DNA of 63,229 bases, counting the filler, from Chiloscyllium plagiosum (taxonomy: Eukaryota): NCBI RefSeq assembly GCF_004010195.1. It is 5 parts of one record of this genome, joined end to end, with 100 filler letters (N's around TTAATTAATTAA, not from the genome) between each part and the next. Parts side by side here need not be neighbours in the genome. Positions count along the whole stretch, not along the records: positions 1 to 20,130 come from NC_057716.1; positions 20,231 to 36,501 come from NC_057716.1; 3 more parts are not named here. One strand, given 5' to 3'. Below are positions 13,090 to 25,858 of the stretch, piece by piece. The translations under genes and the position numbers were made by a program. How positions within the stretch are numbered: the stretch's first letter is position 1; each line of letters begins with the position of its first letter. The notes under the pieces are model-generated. The model was given only the letters and a program-made list of their open reading frames with translations, searched no databases and was not told the origin of the DNA.

Positions 13090-14045
13090 TAGATGTGAAG
13101 CTGGAAAAGCACAGCAGGTCAGACAGCACCTGAGGAGCAGGCAAGTCAATGTTTTGTGCTGAAACCCTTCAGGACTAGAGAGGGGAAGCGGGGGGCCAGA
13201 AGTAAGTAGAGGGAGGGCAGTGGGGCTGGGGGAAGGTTAGGTGGGATAGTGATAAGTGGATGCAGGTACAAGATTATTGTGATTGATCTATGGGAAGGTG
13301 AGTAGGAAAATGGACAGGTTAGGTCTAGTCAGGGAGGCGAGGAGGGAGAAGGGGCGGACATTGCATAAGGCTGGGGTTTGGGGGACTTTGAAGCTGGTGA
13401 AGTCAATATTGAGGCCATTGGGCTGTAAGGTCCCCACGTGAAATATCAGGTGTTGTTCCTCCAATTTATGTCTGGCCTTACTCTGACAGTGGATAAGGCC
13501 AAGGATGGACATGTTGCCAGGGGCTCTGCAAACCAATCCTCAAGTCTGCATTTGGTCTCCCTGATATAGAGATTAGATTAGATTAGATTAGATTACAGTG
13601 TGGAAACAGGCCCTTCGGCCCAACAAGCCCAGACCGACCTGCCGAAGCGCAACCCACGCCATACCCCTACCTAACACTACGGGCAATTTAGCATGGCCAA
13701 TTCACCTGACCTGCACATCTTTGGACTGTGGGAGGAAACTGGAGCACCCGGAGGAAACCCATGCAGACACGAGGAGAACATGCAAACTCCACACAGTCAG
13801 TCGCCTGAGGTGGGAATTGAACCAGGGTCTCTGGAAGTGGAACAGGAAATGGAGGAGATACAGTTGAAGGCATCCTTAATTACCGAGAAGGGGAAACTAC
13901 GGTCACTAAGGTAGGAGGATATCTGGGATGTCCTGGAGTAGAGTGCCTCATTCTGGGAGCAGATGCAGCGAAGGTGGAGGAATTGGGAGTATGGGATAGC
14001 ATGTTTGCAGGAGGGTGGGTGAGAGGAAGTGTAGTCAAGGTAGTT
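13090..14045 (-). mobile_element. Penelope-like retroelement fragment interrupted by an HE1 SINE
   Basis: YLDYTSSHPPSCKHAIPYSQFLHLRCICS (RT thumb) and HKLEEQHLIFHVGTLQPNGLNIDF (GIY-YIG C-terminus), followed by the family terminal repeat. Confidence 0.85.
13571..13830 (-). mobile_element. HE1-type tRNA SINE
   Basis: Reverse SINE body (ctgcacatctttggactgtgggaggaaac) with (GATTA)n tail. Confidence 0.9.
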
Positions 14046-14877
14046 TGTTCTGTCCATTTGTAGTTTGTAAGTGTGAATCCTGCTCTTCTCTAACCTATCC
14101 AGATGCAATATTTTTTCCATGTTAACACTGTTAATGTTTGCACTATTCAATGAAGTTTGGCCCTGAGTCAATCTATTTCAGAGCCTTTCTAAAGTTAACA
14201 CTGAGTCTATTTGGGTGATTGAAGTGTTTGAAGTTAAAAACCAATTTCATTACACTCATCCCCACTCTTTCCAAAGTTTCAAGTTCACTCACGTTGTCAG
14301 GAGACCAAAATAGGACACAATATTCCAATAGAGGCTTGTACAAGGACAAAATGGGAGTTATGTTTTGTATTGTATTTTCCTGTGAATTCAATCTTGGCTC
14401 TTGTTTTCTTTGGCCACTACATCATGGTATTGTTCATGAAGATTACAAAGTGATGCACTACAGCACTCAGATTCCTCTCTCAACCCTGGTTTCAATTCAA
14501 TTGTCTAGGGTGTGCGTGTAAATTTAGCACTAGATCGATGTGCATAATACTTCCAGGCAGGCAAATAGAATATCTCTATAAACAGCATATTTCCAACAGA
14601 AACACTGAAGCATGGAGCCTGAAACAAGTTCATGCGGTGCCCTTTCATCACTGGGCCCAGAATTCAAGCTCTATAGTAGTAAGTCTGTAATGATTGTAAC
14701 AAGGTCAGCTAGGTGGGTCTCATAGAATATGATTTCCTGGCTGGACCAGATTAACAGCCCCATTCAGGTAGCCCTCGCTGATAGATAAAAACAGGAATGT
14801 CAGACCATCCTGACCCTCTGAGGGCTGGCTCTGAGGGAGCTGGATCAGTGTCGAGAACCTTTCACTTATCAATAAAA

Positions 14878-15710
14878 GACCAAAGAAAATTTACAGCCCA
14901 GGAACAGGCCTTCGGCCCTCCAAGCCTAAGCCAATCCAAATGTATTGTCTAAACCTTGTCGGTCAATTCCTGAGCATCTGTATCCCTCTACTCCCCACCT
15001 ACTCATGCATTTATCCAGACGCATCACCACCCTCTGTATGAAGTACTTGCTGCATGTATCCCCCTTAAACTTTCCACCTCTCACCTTGAAAGTGTGACCT
15101 CTCATTATTGGATCCTGCACCCTGGGAAAAAACTTGTCTCTATCCACCCTGTCTATACCCTTCATGATTTTATAAACCTCAATCAGGTCCCCCTCCCAAT
15201 CTCCTTTTTTCTAATGAAAATAAACCTAACCTACTCAACCTTCCGTCATAGCTAGCACCTTCCATACCAGGCAACATCCTCATAAACCTTCTCTGCACCC
15301 TCTCCAGAATGTCCACATCCTTTTGTTAAGTCGTGACCAGAACATACACAGTATTCTAAATGCGGCCGAACTTATCTCTTGTACAATGTTAACATGACTT
15401 GCCAGCTCTTATACTCAATACCCCGTCCAATGAAGGCAAGCATACTAAATGCTTTCTTGACCACTCTATCCACCTGTGCAGCAACCTTCAGGGTACAATG
15501 GACCTGCACTCCCAGATCTCTCTGCCCATCAACTTTTCCCAAGGCTCTTCCGTTCATTGTATAATTCGCTCTAGAATTAGTCTTGCCCAAAAGCATCACC
15601 TCACATTTGTCTGGATTGAAATCCCTCTTTCGCTTTTCCACCCAACTCACCAGTCTATCTATATCCTCCTGTATTCTCTGACAGTCCCTTATGCTTTCTG
15701 CTACTCCACC
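14878..15710 (-). mobile_element. CR1 3' fragment nested in the Gypsy 5' LTR
   Basis: FNPDKCEVMLLG, MKGIDRVDRDKFFP. Confidence 0.93.
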
Positions 15711-17284
15711 GAGGGTGACTCGGTGACAGGATACTGGCCTCTATGGAGTATTTCAGTGGAAATGACAGTAAAGCACGTCCTGAAGAAACTAATTTGCAAC
15801 AGTCTTCTTTGAGTTGGAGTAAGCCTTGCTCGCTGTTGTTTGGGAAACTTGACCTGTTCGACCCTGCTGTCAAAGACTGGGCCCAATGTGTGGAAAGAAT
15901 GCAATATTTTCTCCGGGCAAATAACATTGGGGCAAATGAAACAAGTAATTCACCTGACAGTTTGTGGACCTGCAGCTTTCTCGGTTATTAGAAGCCTAAC
16001 TTCCCTGAGGCACCAGATACTAAAACCTTTCAAGAATTGACACAATTAGTTCAGGAGTATGGCAACTTCAGGCCTTCTCTAATTCTGAGACCATATCATT
16101 TTTACTCAGCAATTCAAGAACCATGGGAAATCCTATTAAGAGTTTAGACTAGGTTACAATGTCGGGCCAGAGGCCCGTGACTTTGGTTTAACCATTAATG
16201 AAGTGCTGAGAGACTGTATGTGGTATATGGGATTAATTAAATAACCATGCAAAACAGCCTACTAGCTGCACCCCAACTGGATTCCAATAGACACTACAAA
16301 TGGCTTTATCATTGGAAAATGCAGCAAGTGTAGCATATGAGTTGTAGAGTATTCTGATGGAAGTGGACAGCCTCGCCAGTCCAACAGAGCTAAGGGAATA
16401 CCATTTCAGTAAAGGTAATTGCACAGCCTCACTCAGGTCATATCCTGAAAAGAGGGACTCTAGGTCAGCCCACAGCAAAACCCAAAACAAAGTCAACCCT
16501 TGGCCAAACAGTTCAGATTTTCTTCAGGATGTGGGCTGGAAAGCCATTGTAGTTTCTTCTGGTATGCTGAAAGAGCAGTCCAAACTTTGAAGGCAGACTT
16601 AAAGAAGCAGCCTACAGCTTCACTAGATACAAAGCAGTCCTGGTTCCTTTTGATTATAAGACCACCCCTCATGCAAGACCAGGGATAGCTCCAGCAGACC
16701 TGCTAAGAGGGAGAAGACTCTGCACCAGTATCAAATCTGATCTTCCCGGACGTGGGGGAGAGGGTGAAATGGCATCAGGAGCACCATTGCCAAACATGAG
16801 ACTCCGCTAAGCAAGAGAGATCGTTTGGTGAAGACCAAGTTTAGTGTAGGAACCACGGGAATGGCCCTGCATAGGTAAGAGGTATGGTCAACGTGAGGTC
16901 AGGTCCAGTGATATATAACATTTGGGTAGCAGCGCTGGTTCTGAACAAGCACGTGGACTATCTGAAAGCTGCAAACTCTCAAATGGTGGGGGGGAGCAAA
17001 TTGTGCCCGGCTCTTCGGAACTGTCATAAAGGCTGGAGGAACCTATGGACTGTCCCTTCCTGTCAAGCATTGAACAGATCTTGGAATCTGAGATGGACAC
17101 AGCGAATGTCACCACCTTGACACCTTTGCTATCTGAAGAAGAAAATGAATTTCTTCACAGATGCTCCAGGCATAAGAGGTGAGCTTCTGTGCGTTACACG
17201 CTGCCTGTATCTGAGGCAGAATCAGAGGGTTCTTAGTCTTGGGGGACAGGGGGGTGGGGATGTAGTGATTGTAATGAGGTGGAG

Positions 17285-17775
17285 GTGGGTACTGCAGATG
17301 CTGGAGATTAGAGTCTAGATTAGTGTGGTGCTGGAAAAGCACAGCAGGTCAGGCAGCATCAAACGAGCAGGAGAACTGATGTTTTGGGCAAAAGCTCTTA
17401 ATCAGAAATGAGGCTGGAAGCGTTGGGGGTAAAGAGATAAATGGGAGGAGGATGGGCTTGGGGGGAAGGTAGCTGAGAGTGCAATAGGTGGATGGAGGTA
17501 GGGGTGAAGGTGATAGGTCAGAGAGGAGGGTGGAATGGATAGGTGGGAAGGAACATTGTCCGCTCGGACAGGTCATGAGGACGGTGCTGAGCTGGAAGTT
17601 TGGAACTGGGGTAAGATGGGGGGAGGGGAAATGAGGAAACTGGTGAATTCCTCATTGATGCCCTGGGGTTGAAGGGTCCCGAGGTGGAAGATGAGGCATT
17701 CTTCCTCCAGGCATCGGGTGGTGAGGCGGGGAGATGGAGGAGGCCCAGAACCTGCATTTCCTTGGCAGAGTGGGA
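17285..17775 (-). mobile_element. Penelope-like 3' fragment nested in the Gypsy 3' LTR
   Basis: LEEECLIFHLGTLQPQGINEEFTSF plus terminal repeat. Confidence 0.85.
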
Positions 17776-19676
17776 GGGTCAGGCAGGTGGACTTCATAGA
17801 ATATGGGTTCCCTGATTGGGGGTGTTAATCTGGTTCAATCAGGGAGCCCTGGCTGACAGAAATAAACAGCAGTGTCAGATGTTCTGTTCACTCTGAGAGT
17901 TGGTTCTGAGGGAGCTGGATCAGTGTCAAGGCCTCTTCATGTGTAAATAAAGGTTTCTGTGGAGTTATTGCAAAGTCTACTAAAAGAAATGAATGTAGGG
18001 CAGTCACCTCTCAGTTCCTGATGAATGTAAATCTACAGCTGAAAATGCTCACAATCTTGAGGTGAATTATTTCAGTCTGGCACCTGAAAGTTGGTTTGAC
18101 AAAATACTAAAATCTTCCATCTTGAGGAATACAGTGTGAGGTTGAAGACTCGAGTTCCAAAGATTCACTTTCGGTTTCAGGTTTTCATTTTGGTGTGCAG
18201 AAACTCTGGGTTATCATAGGCCCATTGATTATTCCATCAGTACGGTAGTGAGATGCGGAAGTTGAAATGCTAAGAATGCAGGCAATTGATGAGAAATACA
18301 GGTGAATGGAACCGGAAACAAAAGAAAACGGGTGCTGCATTAAAATGGCACTCTGCTTTCTCGGAGTTACCAATAGAGGAATGTATTGAGACGATTACAT
18401 CATGATCTAATTAGCATTGTATCTGACCTACTAGTTCTTAACAAAGCTGTCTGTTCATATCAACATATTATCATTTAGGTTTGGTGCTCTATCAGAACAT
18501 TGTAGGAGGAATCTACTCTAAGTAATCAGTGCTGTTTATGAGCAAGCAGTGCTTAATAAAGTTTAGATGTAACTTTCTGGCCTGTGCTAATCTTGACCCA
18601 GACTGGGTTGGGGAGTTGTGTGTATGTTTCTCATGCACACATGCATACATTAACATGTGGCACACACACACATTAGCATATGACACACACACATGCACTG
18701 ACACATGCACAGAGTTCACCATTTCTGATCTTAAAAAAAACACAAAACTCAATAATTTTTAAAAATAAACTTGAGTCTCTAAAGCAAAATGTGTGTGTCT
18801 TTCTGTTGTAGGAAATCTGGAGATATGATTATTTAAACTCCTGAAGTTTAATATTTTAGTCCATGAATATAGAGAGACACGGAACTCGAAAAGTGATGGG
18901 AATCTTCTTGTGATGCATTTCATGAATACGCTAAAATGTTATTTTGATGGAGGCTTAAGCATGTTGTATGGCAAAGTGCCAAACTGTATTCTAATAAACA
19001 AATGCAAAAAGCAGTGATATTGCAGGTAAACTATTTAGCACATTCCCACGGACAAATCATTCCCATAGCATCATGACTAATAAATCAACAATGTTTGGTT
19101 TGAGATATTCCACAGTTGTCTAATGATAATTTCATGAAATTGGTCATCCTGCCCTTTTATCTGGTGAGACGCAGCCTTGTATTCAGCTGCTGCTAGCCAG
19201 CTGGGAATTGCTACAAGAAAAACTGCATTCTCCAACTCCGTGCCCAGTGACATCACAGGACTAGCCATCACCTAGAAACTTGTATGTTATACTGAGTGTA
19301 GGGGTGACTGATTGCTGAATAATCACTCAGAATGACTGCAATTACTTACTTAAAAAATTGAGCCTGGATTTTCACCGTCAAGGTAAATAGCTCTAGTTGT
19401 CAAATTTCCCAACTTGCTGCACGTCCCCAGGAAGAAACAGACCTCGATATGCCACAATTTTCCCTCTGTGCTGGCGAGTGTGTAGTATGGCTCTGGGATG
19501 GTGTTAAGTCTACTGAGTCCAAAAGCATAGCCAGCCTCAGAGGTGGCTGAGAGTTGAGGTGGGTTGTTAGGAAGGCCATGAGTTGGCATGAAGGCTATAA
19601 GGGGCGAGAAAGGCATGGTGGACTCATGGGTTGGCATGGGATGGACATGGGAGACACCTTTTAAACAGAAGTTTCA

Positions 19677-20130
19677 GGGGATCCAAGATGGCGGCGACCC
19701 AGTAAGACTGAGTCTATAGTGCTCCTCCCAAGACTTGGGCACAGTGGGTCACCTACCCCCTACCAAGCTCACCAAATCATTTATAAATCATTTATAATAG
19801 TTTAGTAACTCAATTAGTTGTGTAATATTACATTTAAGCAACTTAATCCTAAGTTAAAATGACTAAAGGGAAAGGAGCCCGAGGCTCTCAGCAAGCAGGA
19901 ACCCCTCCCCCACACTCTACAGCTGCAGCAGAGGCGTCCACAGCCGCCCCGAGGAACTTACCTACAGTAGCAAGTCTTGCAGAAATGCTTTCCAAGCTTG
20001 ACTCGAAGATCGATGCCTTTATCGTCGAATCCAGAAATCGTTGGGAGTCGCTCTCGGCCGCGCTGCAGAAGCACGACCGTGAAATTGAAGAAATTCAACG
20101 CCGAGTCGGAGGGGCGGAGCTAAAGGCCGC
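19677..20130 (+). mobile_element. L1-clade LINE 5' end: 5' UTR and ORF1 N-terminus, cut by a gap
   Basis: Starts GGGGATCCAAGATGGCGGCG (YY1 site typical of L1 5' ends); open ORF from 19859 MTKGKGARG... with heptad-like coiled coil. Confidence 0.82.
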
Positions 20131-20230
20131 NNNNNNNNNNNNNNNNNNNNNNNNNNNNNNNNNNNNNNNNNNNNTTAATTAATTAANNNNNNNNNNNNNN
20201 NNNNNNNNNNNNNNNNNNNNNNNNNNNNNN
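20131..20230. other. Assembly gap with TTAATTAATTAA spacer (same pattern at 36502-36601, 53001-53100, 58795-58894)
   Basis: 44N + TTAATTAATTAA + 44N. Confidence 1.
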
Positions 20231-20470
20231 GAAGCGCTTCTTTGATGTTTCCTCCGGTGTTTATAGTGGTCTGTCCCTGCCGCTTCCGGTTGTCAGTTTC
20301 AGCTGTCCGCTGTAGTGAGGAAACATCAAAGAAGCGCTTCGCAGGAGGCTCCCAAGCACTGATGATGTCACCTAGCCAGGGGACGAAACGTTTGCAACAA
20401 AAACTTCCAGCTCGGCGAACAGAACCACAACAACGAGCACCCGAGCTACAAATCTTCGCACAAACTTTGA
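20231..20470 (+). mobile_element. Penelope-like terminal repeat with inverted 5' segment
   Basis: 24-bp perfect inverted repeat 20231-20254/20317-20340 followed by a hammerhead core. Confidence 0.75.
20356..20395 (+). ncRNA. Minimal type I hammerhead ribozyme motif (Penelope-associated)
   Basis: gca-CTGATGA-t-gtc(a)cct-agcc-agg(g)gac-GAAA-cgtt-tgc: stem I, core, stem II, palindromic ACGT stem III. Confidence 0.75.
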
Positions 20471-20674
20471 ATTTATGTTTTTGTTTCAAATTTCCAGTGA
20501 CAACTGTTCTTTGTTTAATTTTTTCCAAACTGATGTCGCTAACAGTTTGCATTGGTTCTGAAAATTGACTGCTGCTAAAACTGAATGAGTTGTCAACACC
20601 ACTTTCAAATTGTCAAACACTATCTGACATTCTTTTGTCCATTCAAATTCTTGCCTTTCTCAATGAAAATTAAG

Positions 20675-20830
20675 AATCACACAACACCAGGGTATAATCC
20701 AACAGGTTTATTTGGAAGCACTAGCTTTCAGAGCACTGCTCCTGAATTACCTGACAAAGGAGCAGTGCTCTGAAAGCTAGTGCTTCCAAATAAACCAGTT
20801 AGACGATAACCTGGTGTTGTGATTTTTAAC
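20675..20830. repeat. Inverted dimer of a Penelope terminal repeat (~70-bp arms)
   Basis: acaacaccagg...gaagcactagctttcagagcactgctcct is reverse-complementary to aggagcagtgctctgaaagctagtgcttcc...cctggtgttgt. Confidence 0.9.
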
Positions 20831-21189
20831 TTGTCCACCCCAGTCCAAAACCGGCACCTTCGCTTAATGTAAGTTGTCAATGGAATCACCACTATTCTGA
20901 AATTTGGAACAAAGCTGATAACATCCACTCATGTTGATCTATCGCAGCATATCTCATTTTGTTTTAGGCATGGGAAAATCCAAAATAGCCCTTAATTTAG
21001 TTCCATACATATTGCTTGACTTTGTCCCACAGCATGGCCAAATGAGTCACTTTGACGTGTTACCATTGCTTTTATCCAGATTTAAGACTAAATTGACTGT
21101 TTATAACTGATCAAACAGTTATAAACGTTCTTTCCAAGTTTAGGTGAGCACAACAATATCATTGCTATAAGCAATATTTCTGCAATGCA

Positions 21190-21865
21190 ACATAAAATGG
21201 TACAGCACAGGAACAGGCCCTTCGACCCACCATGTCTGTGCCAACTATATTTCCATTCTAAACTAATCTCAGCTGCCTGCACATTGTCTCCGTTCCTCTA
21301 TTTCCTGCCTCGTGTCTTTCTTAAATAGGGATATTGTATCTGCTTCTACCACTGCTTCTGAAAGTGCATTCCAGTTACACTCTGTGTATTAAAAAAAATT
21401 GCCTTGCACATCTCCTTTAAATTTCCTCCTTTAACTTTAAACCTATGCCACAAGTGTTTGACATTTCCACCCTGTAAAAAGAGTCCGACTATCTACACTA
21501 TCTCAGCCCCTGACATGCGAGCAAAAACATTCCAGGTTTATTCAACCTCTTCTTAAAGCTAAAACTCTGCAATCCAGGCAACATCCTGGTAATCTCTTAT
21601 GCACCCTCTCCAAAGCTCCAACATCCTCCTGACAGTGTAGAGACCAGAACTACACACAGTATTCCAAACGTAACCTAACTAAAGATTTACGCAGCTGCAA
21701 CCTTCCTTGCCAACCTTTATACTCAGTGCTTCAACAGAGGAAGGCAAGCCTGCCAAATGGCCACCTTTACCATCTAATCCACTTGTGCTGTCACTTTCAG
21801 GAAGCTATGGACTTGTCCCCTAAGATCCCTCTGTACATCAATGCTCCTCAGGGTCCTGCCAATTA
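21190..21865 (-). mobile_element. Degraded CR1 3' fragment
   Basis: caggcaacatcctggtaatctcttatgcaccctctccaaagc; gaccagaactacacacagtattcc. Confidence 0.85.
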
Positions 21866-21879
21866 CTACATACAAGCTT

Positions 21880-23500
21880 TCAAGGCATTATTTTTCAAAA
21901 TCATTAAAAAGTTCCTGGTGCATATTTCATTTCAAATGGCATACTTTTGCATTGATAAAGTCCATCTGGTATTACAAAACCTGATTTATCTTTGGTTTGA
22001 TCAGTCAGTGGATCTTATCAATATTCTTTTCTCAAGTCAATTCTTGTAGCAAATTTTGATTCAGTACAATCTTCCAATCATAGAATTGTAAATGGATCTT
22101 TTAGTACCACTGAAGAAGGGCTCATGCTGAGTTCCTGAAGAAGGGCTCATGCCTGAAACGTCGATTCTCCTGCTCCTTGGGTGCTGCCTGACCTGCTGCG
22201 CTTTTCCAGCAACACATTTTCAGCTCTGATCTCCAGCATCTGCAGTCCTCACTTTCTCCTCTTTTATTACCACATTCACTTTGCCATAGTGAGTAAATAA
22301 TCTCTACTCCTTAGGTGATCATTATAATTTCATGGGCTATCTGATTTTAATACAATTTCAATACAGTTACTAGCTGACGTATTTCTGCCCATTGTATCAT
22401 TGGCTGGTATTTGAGGTGATTTCCATGTCCTCATTATAATTTTGCCTTTTAACAAGTAACAGTCAGGCATTGGTTTGGATTAAATTTCTGAGTAGACCAA
22501 TAGATTTTTGTTTCTCCCATTGTTGCATTTCTATTAAAAGAGATGGGCTAAAATTGTTGCCCTCTTTCTCTTTCTACATAAGTTTTCAAAGGTTTTGTCA
22601 GATAATTGAATTTCAAGTCATCTCCCTTTTTTTATGGCTTCCTCCTCTTTCTATCCAAGTCTGAGCCTGAAGTCTAGTCACAACATAGGAAATGGCCCAG
22701 GATGTGCTTCCAATAGCATCTCAGTTCCCTTTATTTCCACTGGTTATTCCATTAGCCTCAGTGAGGCCAATATTTTTGAATGAGCCAGGATAGTGTCCTG
22801 TATAAAATCAATTTCTTCTAAAGGTACTTGTTTTTACTGCTCCAACTATGTCTTTTCCATTTTCTAATTCAGTCTTTAATCTAATTCTGTATCATGGCAC
22901 CATTTTGTATCACCTCTATTTTTATATTCATTTAATATTTTTCTTCATTAACCCTCTCATAGACAAACAGCAACCTCAGCAGGTATTAGTGACTGACTTT
23001 CTCCATTACTTCTCAATATTTTTTATTGATTTACCTCCAGATGAATAAGGAACTATCTCTATCATTTTGTTTTAAAAAAACAAGCTCAAGCGGTCTGATT
23101 CTCAATTGCCAAAGAATAGTTTTCTTGATTGTCCTGAGTCATCTCTTCCATTTAACTTCCAGCTATTGGCGTTAGTATGGTCATTCCTATTACAATGAAA
23201 AGATGTCATATTCTAAATCTCTTCTCAGGTCTAGCATTTCTTGCTGATCATTTTGGAATCTTTCTGTTTGATTCCTTGGTGACACAGATGCTGAGCATTC
23301 AGTTTAATCATCTTTAAAAGATCAAGCCTTTATGTCCACTTTCACCTTCCCTGCTCAGTTTTTCAGTTTACCATTAGCCAAAGATGTTAAATAATCCACT
23401 GACATGTCTTCTACCTCCAGAAAAGTTTTAGCAATATTCAAAGCCATTTTGAAATTCCAAACTGTGTAATTATACGTCAAACCAATCTTCCTGCTTTATG
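21880..23500 (-). mobile_element. Highly degraded Gypsy internal fragment (gag-pro-RT)
   Basis: Minus-strand PDGLYQCKSMPFE near 21930-21970 resembles Gypsy RT TPDGLYQFKVMPFG; boundaries approximate. Confidence 0.55.
22110..22260 (+). mobile_element. Short Penelope-derived element with duplicated hammerhead-like head and TSD
   Basis: ctgaagaagggctcatgc twice, then gaaacgtcg; flanks tcttttagtaccac / tcttttattaccac. Confidence 0.85.
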
Positions 23501-24095
23501 TCTAGTACCCACAAATGAATGTTTGCCAACTTTCACTCTCTCTTAAAGGTACAGTACATGCCTTCAATTTCATAACACATCATTTTGATGGTCACTGTGG
23601 AAAGCAATAGGTTTCATCTTCTCGAAGTGTCACTGGACCCAAAATGTTAACTCTGTTTCTCTCTCCACAGGTGCTGCCAGACCTGCTGAGTTTCTCCAGC
23701 AGTTTCTGCTTTTGTTTCAAATATGGAGTATCTGCAGTCCATTTTATGTTCGTTAAGCTATCTGCCTTAGTTTCCAGCTTTCTACCTCCTCCTTTCCTAA
23801 AACAACTACATTTGTTATTTTCTGGTCTTCTGGACCTGTCCAGCAAGCTTGATATATTATAACCAGTGCATCGCCTACCTCAGCAGCCACTTTTAAGACC
23901 AATAGATGCAGGTTTATCAGAACCAGGGGACGTCTCTGTCTTTAGCTCAAATTAGTTTGTCAGTTTGCCTTTACTTAAATCTCAGCCCCACTCCCCGATC
24001 CTACCTCCTTAGGAGTTTATAAGGCAGCAAGAGGTCATAGAAAATACATGCAGCGGTGCAAACAGTAACTGTGATCTATTTCCTTTTCAATGCAG

Positions 24096-24197
24096 GAACA
24101 TAAACAGAGCTTGGATTTGCCGCAGTCTGAATTTTTACATGCAGGTTCAATAAGTGATGAAGATGATGAATTCCTCATGTCACTGAAATCTTATAAG
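24096..24197 (+). CDS. Internal coding exon A of an unidentified Ser-rich protein (EHKQSLDLPQSEFLHAGSISDEDDEFLMSLKSYK)
   Basis: tccttttcaatgcag| acceptor, AAG|gtaatt donor, 102 bp, phase 0-0, open. Confidence 0.75.
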
Positions 24198-24621
24198 GTA
24201 ATTATGGGACTGAGGTGCACTCCACACCAGCAACAATGAGAGAAAGACAGAGAGGAAGGTGTCAGTGATGTGTATTGAGGGTTGGACACTGGTGATAATG
24301 TGTAGTCATTTATACTTTCACAGGGCCAAATGGTTTATTATGAACTGTCCCACATTCAGCAGGTCATTCTAACATGAGGAAAATCTTCTACTTCCATTTT
24401 TGAGAGCTGTGGTGAAAGGTTTTATCAAAAGGTTCATTTGTTCCCATTTACTGTTCCTTGCCCAGTCAATGGTGACCCATTCACACTGGCAATCGTGGCT
24501 TCGTCGCCCACCATGCAAAGGTCACAATGACTGCCCTTCTTAATGCAAGAGGAGATGCAGAGAAACCAGAAAAAATATGTAATCTATTTCCAATAACTCA
24601 TAACTTTCTACTTTTATGCAG

Positions 24622-24750
24622 AACTATACAAAAAGAAAAGATACATTGAACACGGGAGGCAGCCGGTCAGTCGCATCATTTTTAAGTTTAGTCTCTGACT
24701 CCGAAAGAGGAAAATCGACAGAAAGTCTCATCAATTTGTTCGGTTCTCAG
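24622..24750 (+). CDS. Internal coding exon B (NYTKRKDTLNTGGSRSVASFLSLVSDSERGKSTESLINLFGSQ)
   Basis: ctttctacttttatgcag| acceptor, CAG|gtatac donor, 129 bp, phase 0-0, open. Confidence 0.7.
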
Positions 24751-25626
24751 GTATACGCAGCATTGGTTAAAGCTGGGGTATATCTGGGTGTGGTAGACCA
24801 GATTATGTTCCTGGTCGAGCCATTGGGAGGACGGGAATAATGATTTGAAGAAATGCGTTGAAACTCAGTACATTGGCCAATGGAGAAGGAAGCTGCCACC
24901 CTCCCTTAGTGTGGCTTCCACTACTTCAGACCAGCAACAATGCGTTTGACTCTTAACTGTCAGTGATATTGTTAGGCTGAAAGTACCTAATTGGTTCTTT
25001 AAGGTTTGATCAAAGCAAATACAAAAGAATAATGTGCACTTCAAAACACAGCAAATTTATTACTTCATCAACTTAATAGATACAAGCTAATGAGCCAAAT
25101 GAATTGGCTTAAACAATACATATGCAAACTAATGAGAAAATTTATAAGCTGAAACTATAACATTTGCAAACTAATGAGGCTCATTGCCTTTGGCTCACTG
25201 GGTGGTTGAAGGTGGAACTTAGAGGTCTATCTCCGAATCGATTGCACTGGTCTCTCGAACCCCAGTCCGATGGTGAAAGTTCAGTGAGTGGAGAGAAGTC
25301 TCCATTATTAATACTGTTCTGAATCTAATGTTATGTGCTATGTTAGCATTTCTCAGTACTTTCTCAGGCTTTCCACTCAGCACAAAGCAAGTTGAAAACC
25401 CCTTCCAGATGGCACGTGTTAACTGTGCAATATTCTGGTTCCCATCCAAGGGCTCTTGTGGTGCAGTGGTAGAATCCCTACCTCTGGAGCAGGAGGCCCT
25501 GATTCAAATCCATCTGTTCCGGAAGTGAATAATAACGTCTCTGATCAGGTCGATAAGGGAAACATTTGATTCCATCCCAGCCAAGCTCCTGCTGTTTCCT
25601 CAACCAAAACAGACTGTTTTTGTACC

Positions 25627-25858
25627 AGGAGGAGAAAGTGAGGTCTGCAGATGCTGGAGATCAGAGCTGAAAATATGTTGCTGGAAAAGCGCAGCAGGTC
25701 AGGCAGCATCCAGGGAACAGGAGAATCGACGTTTCGGGCATAAGCCCTTCTTCAGGAATCAGCCCTCCTGAAGAAGGGCTTATGCCCGAAACGTTGATTC
25801 TCCTGTTCCCTGGATGCTGCCTGACCTGCTGCGCTTTTCCAGCAACACATTTTCAGCT
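25627..25858. mobile_element. Head-to-head inverted dimer of the hammerhead-bearing Penelope-derived short element, 13-bp TSD
   Basis: Near-perfect ~95-bp arms around an 8-nt spacer (atcagccc); CTGTTTTTGTACC at 25614-25626 and 25859-25871. Confidence 0.9.

Larger units (their letters stand above)
14686..17972 (+). mobile_element. Non-autonomous Gypsy LTR retrotransposon (gag remnant fused to integrase C-terminus, no RT/RNase H)
   Basis: TG...CA ends; perfect 5-bp TSD AAGTC (14681-14685, 17973-17977); GKLDLFDPAVKDWAQCVERMQYFLRANNI (gag); AERAVQTLKADLKKQ (integrase); G-rich PPT before the 3' LTR at 17261. Confidence 0.92.
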
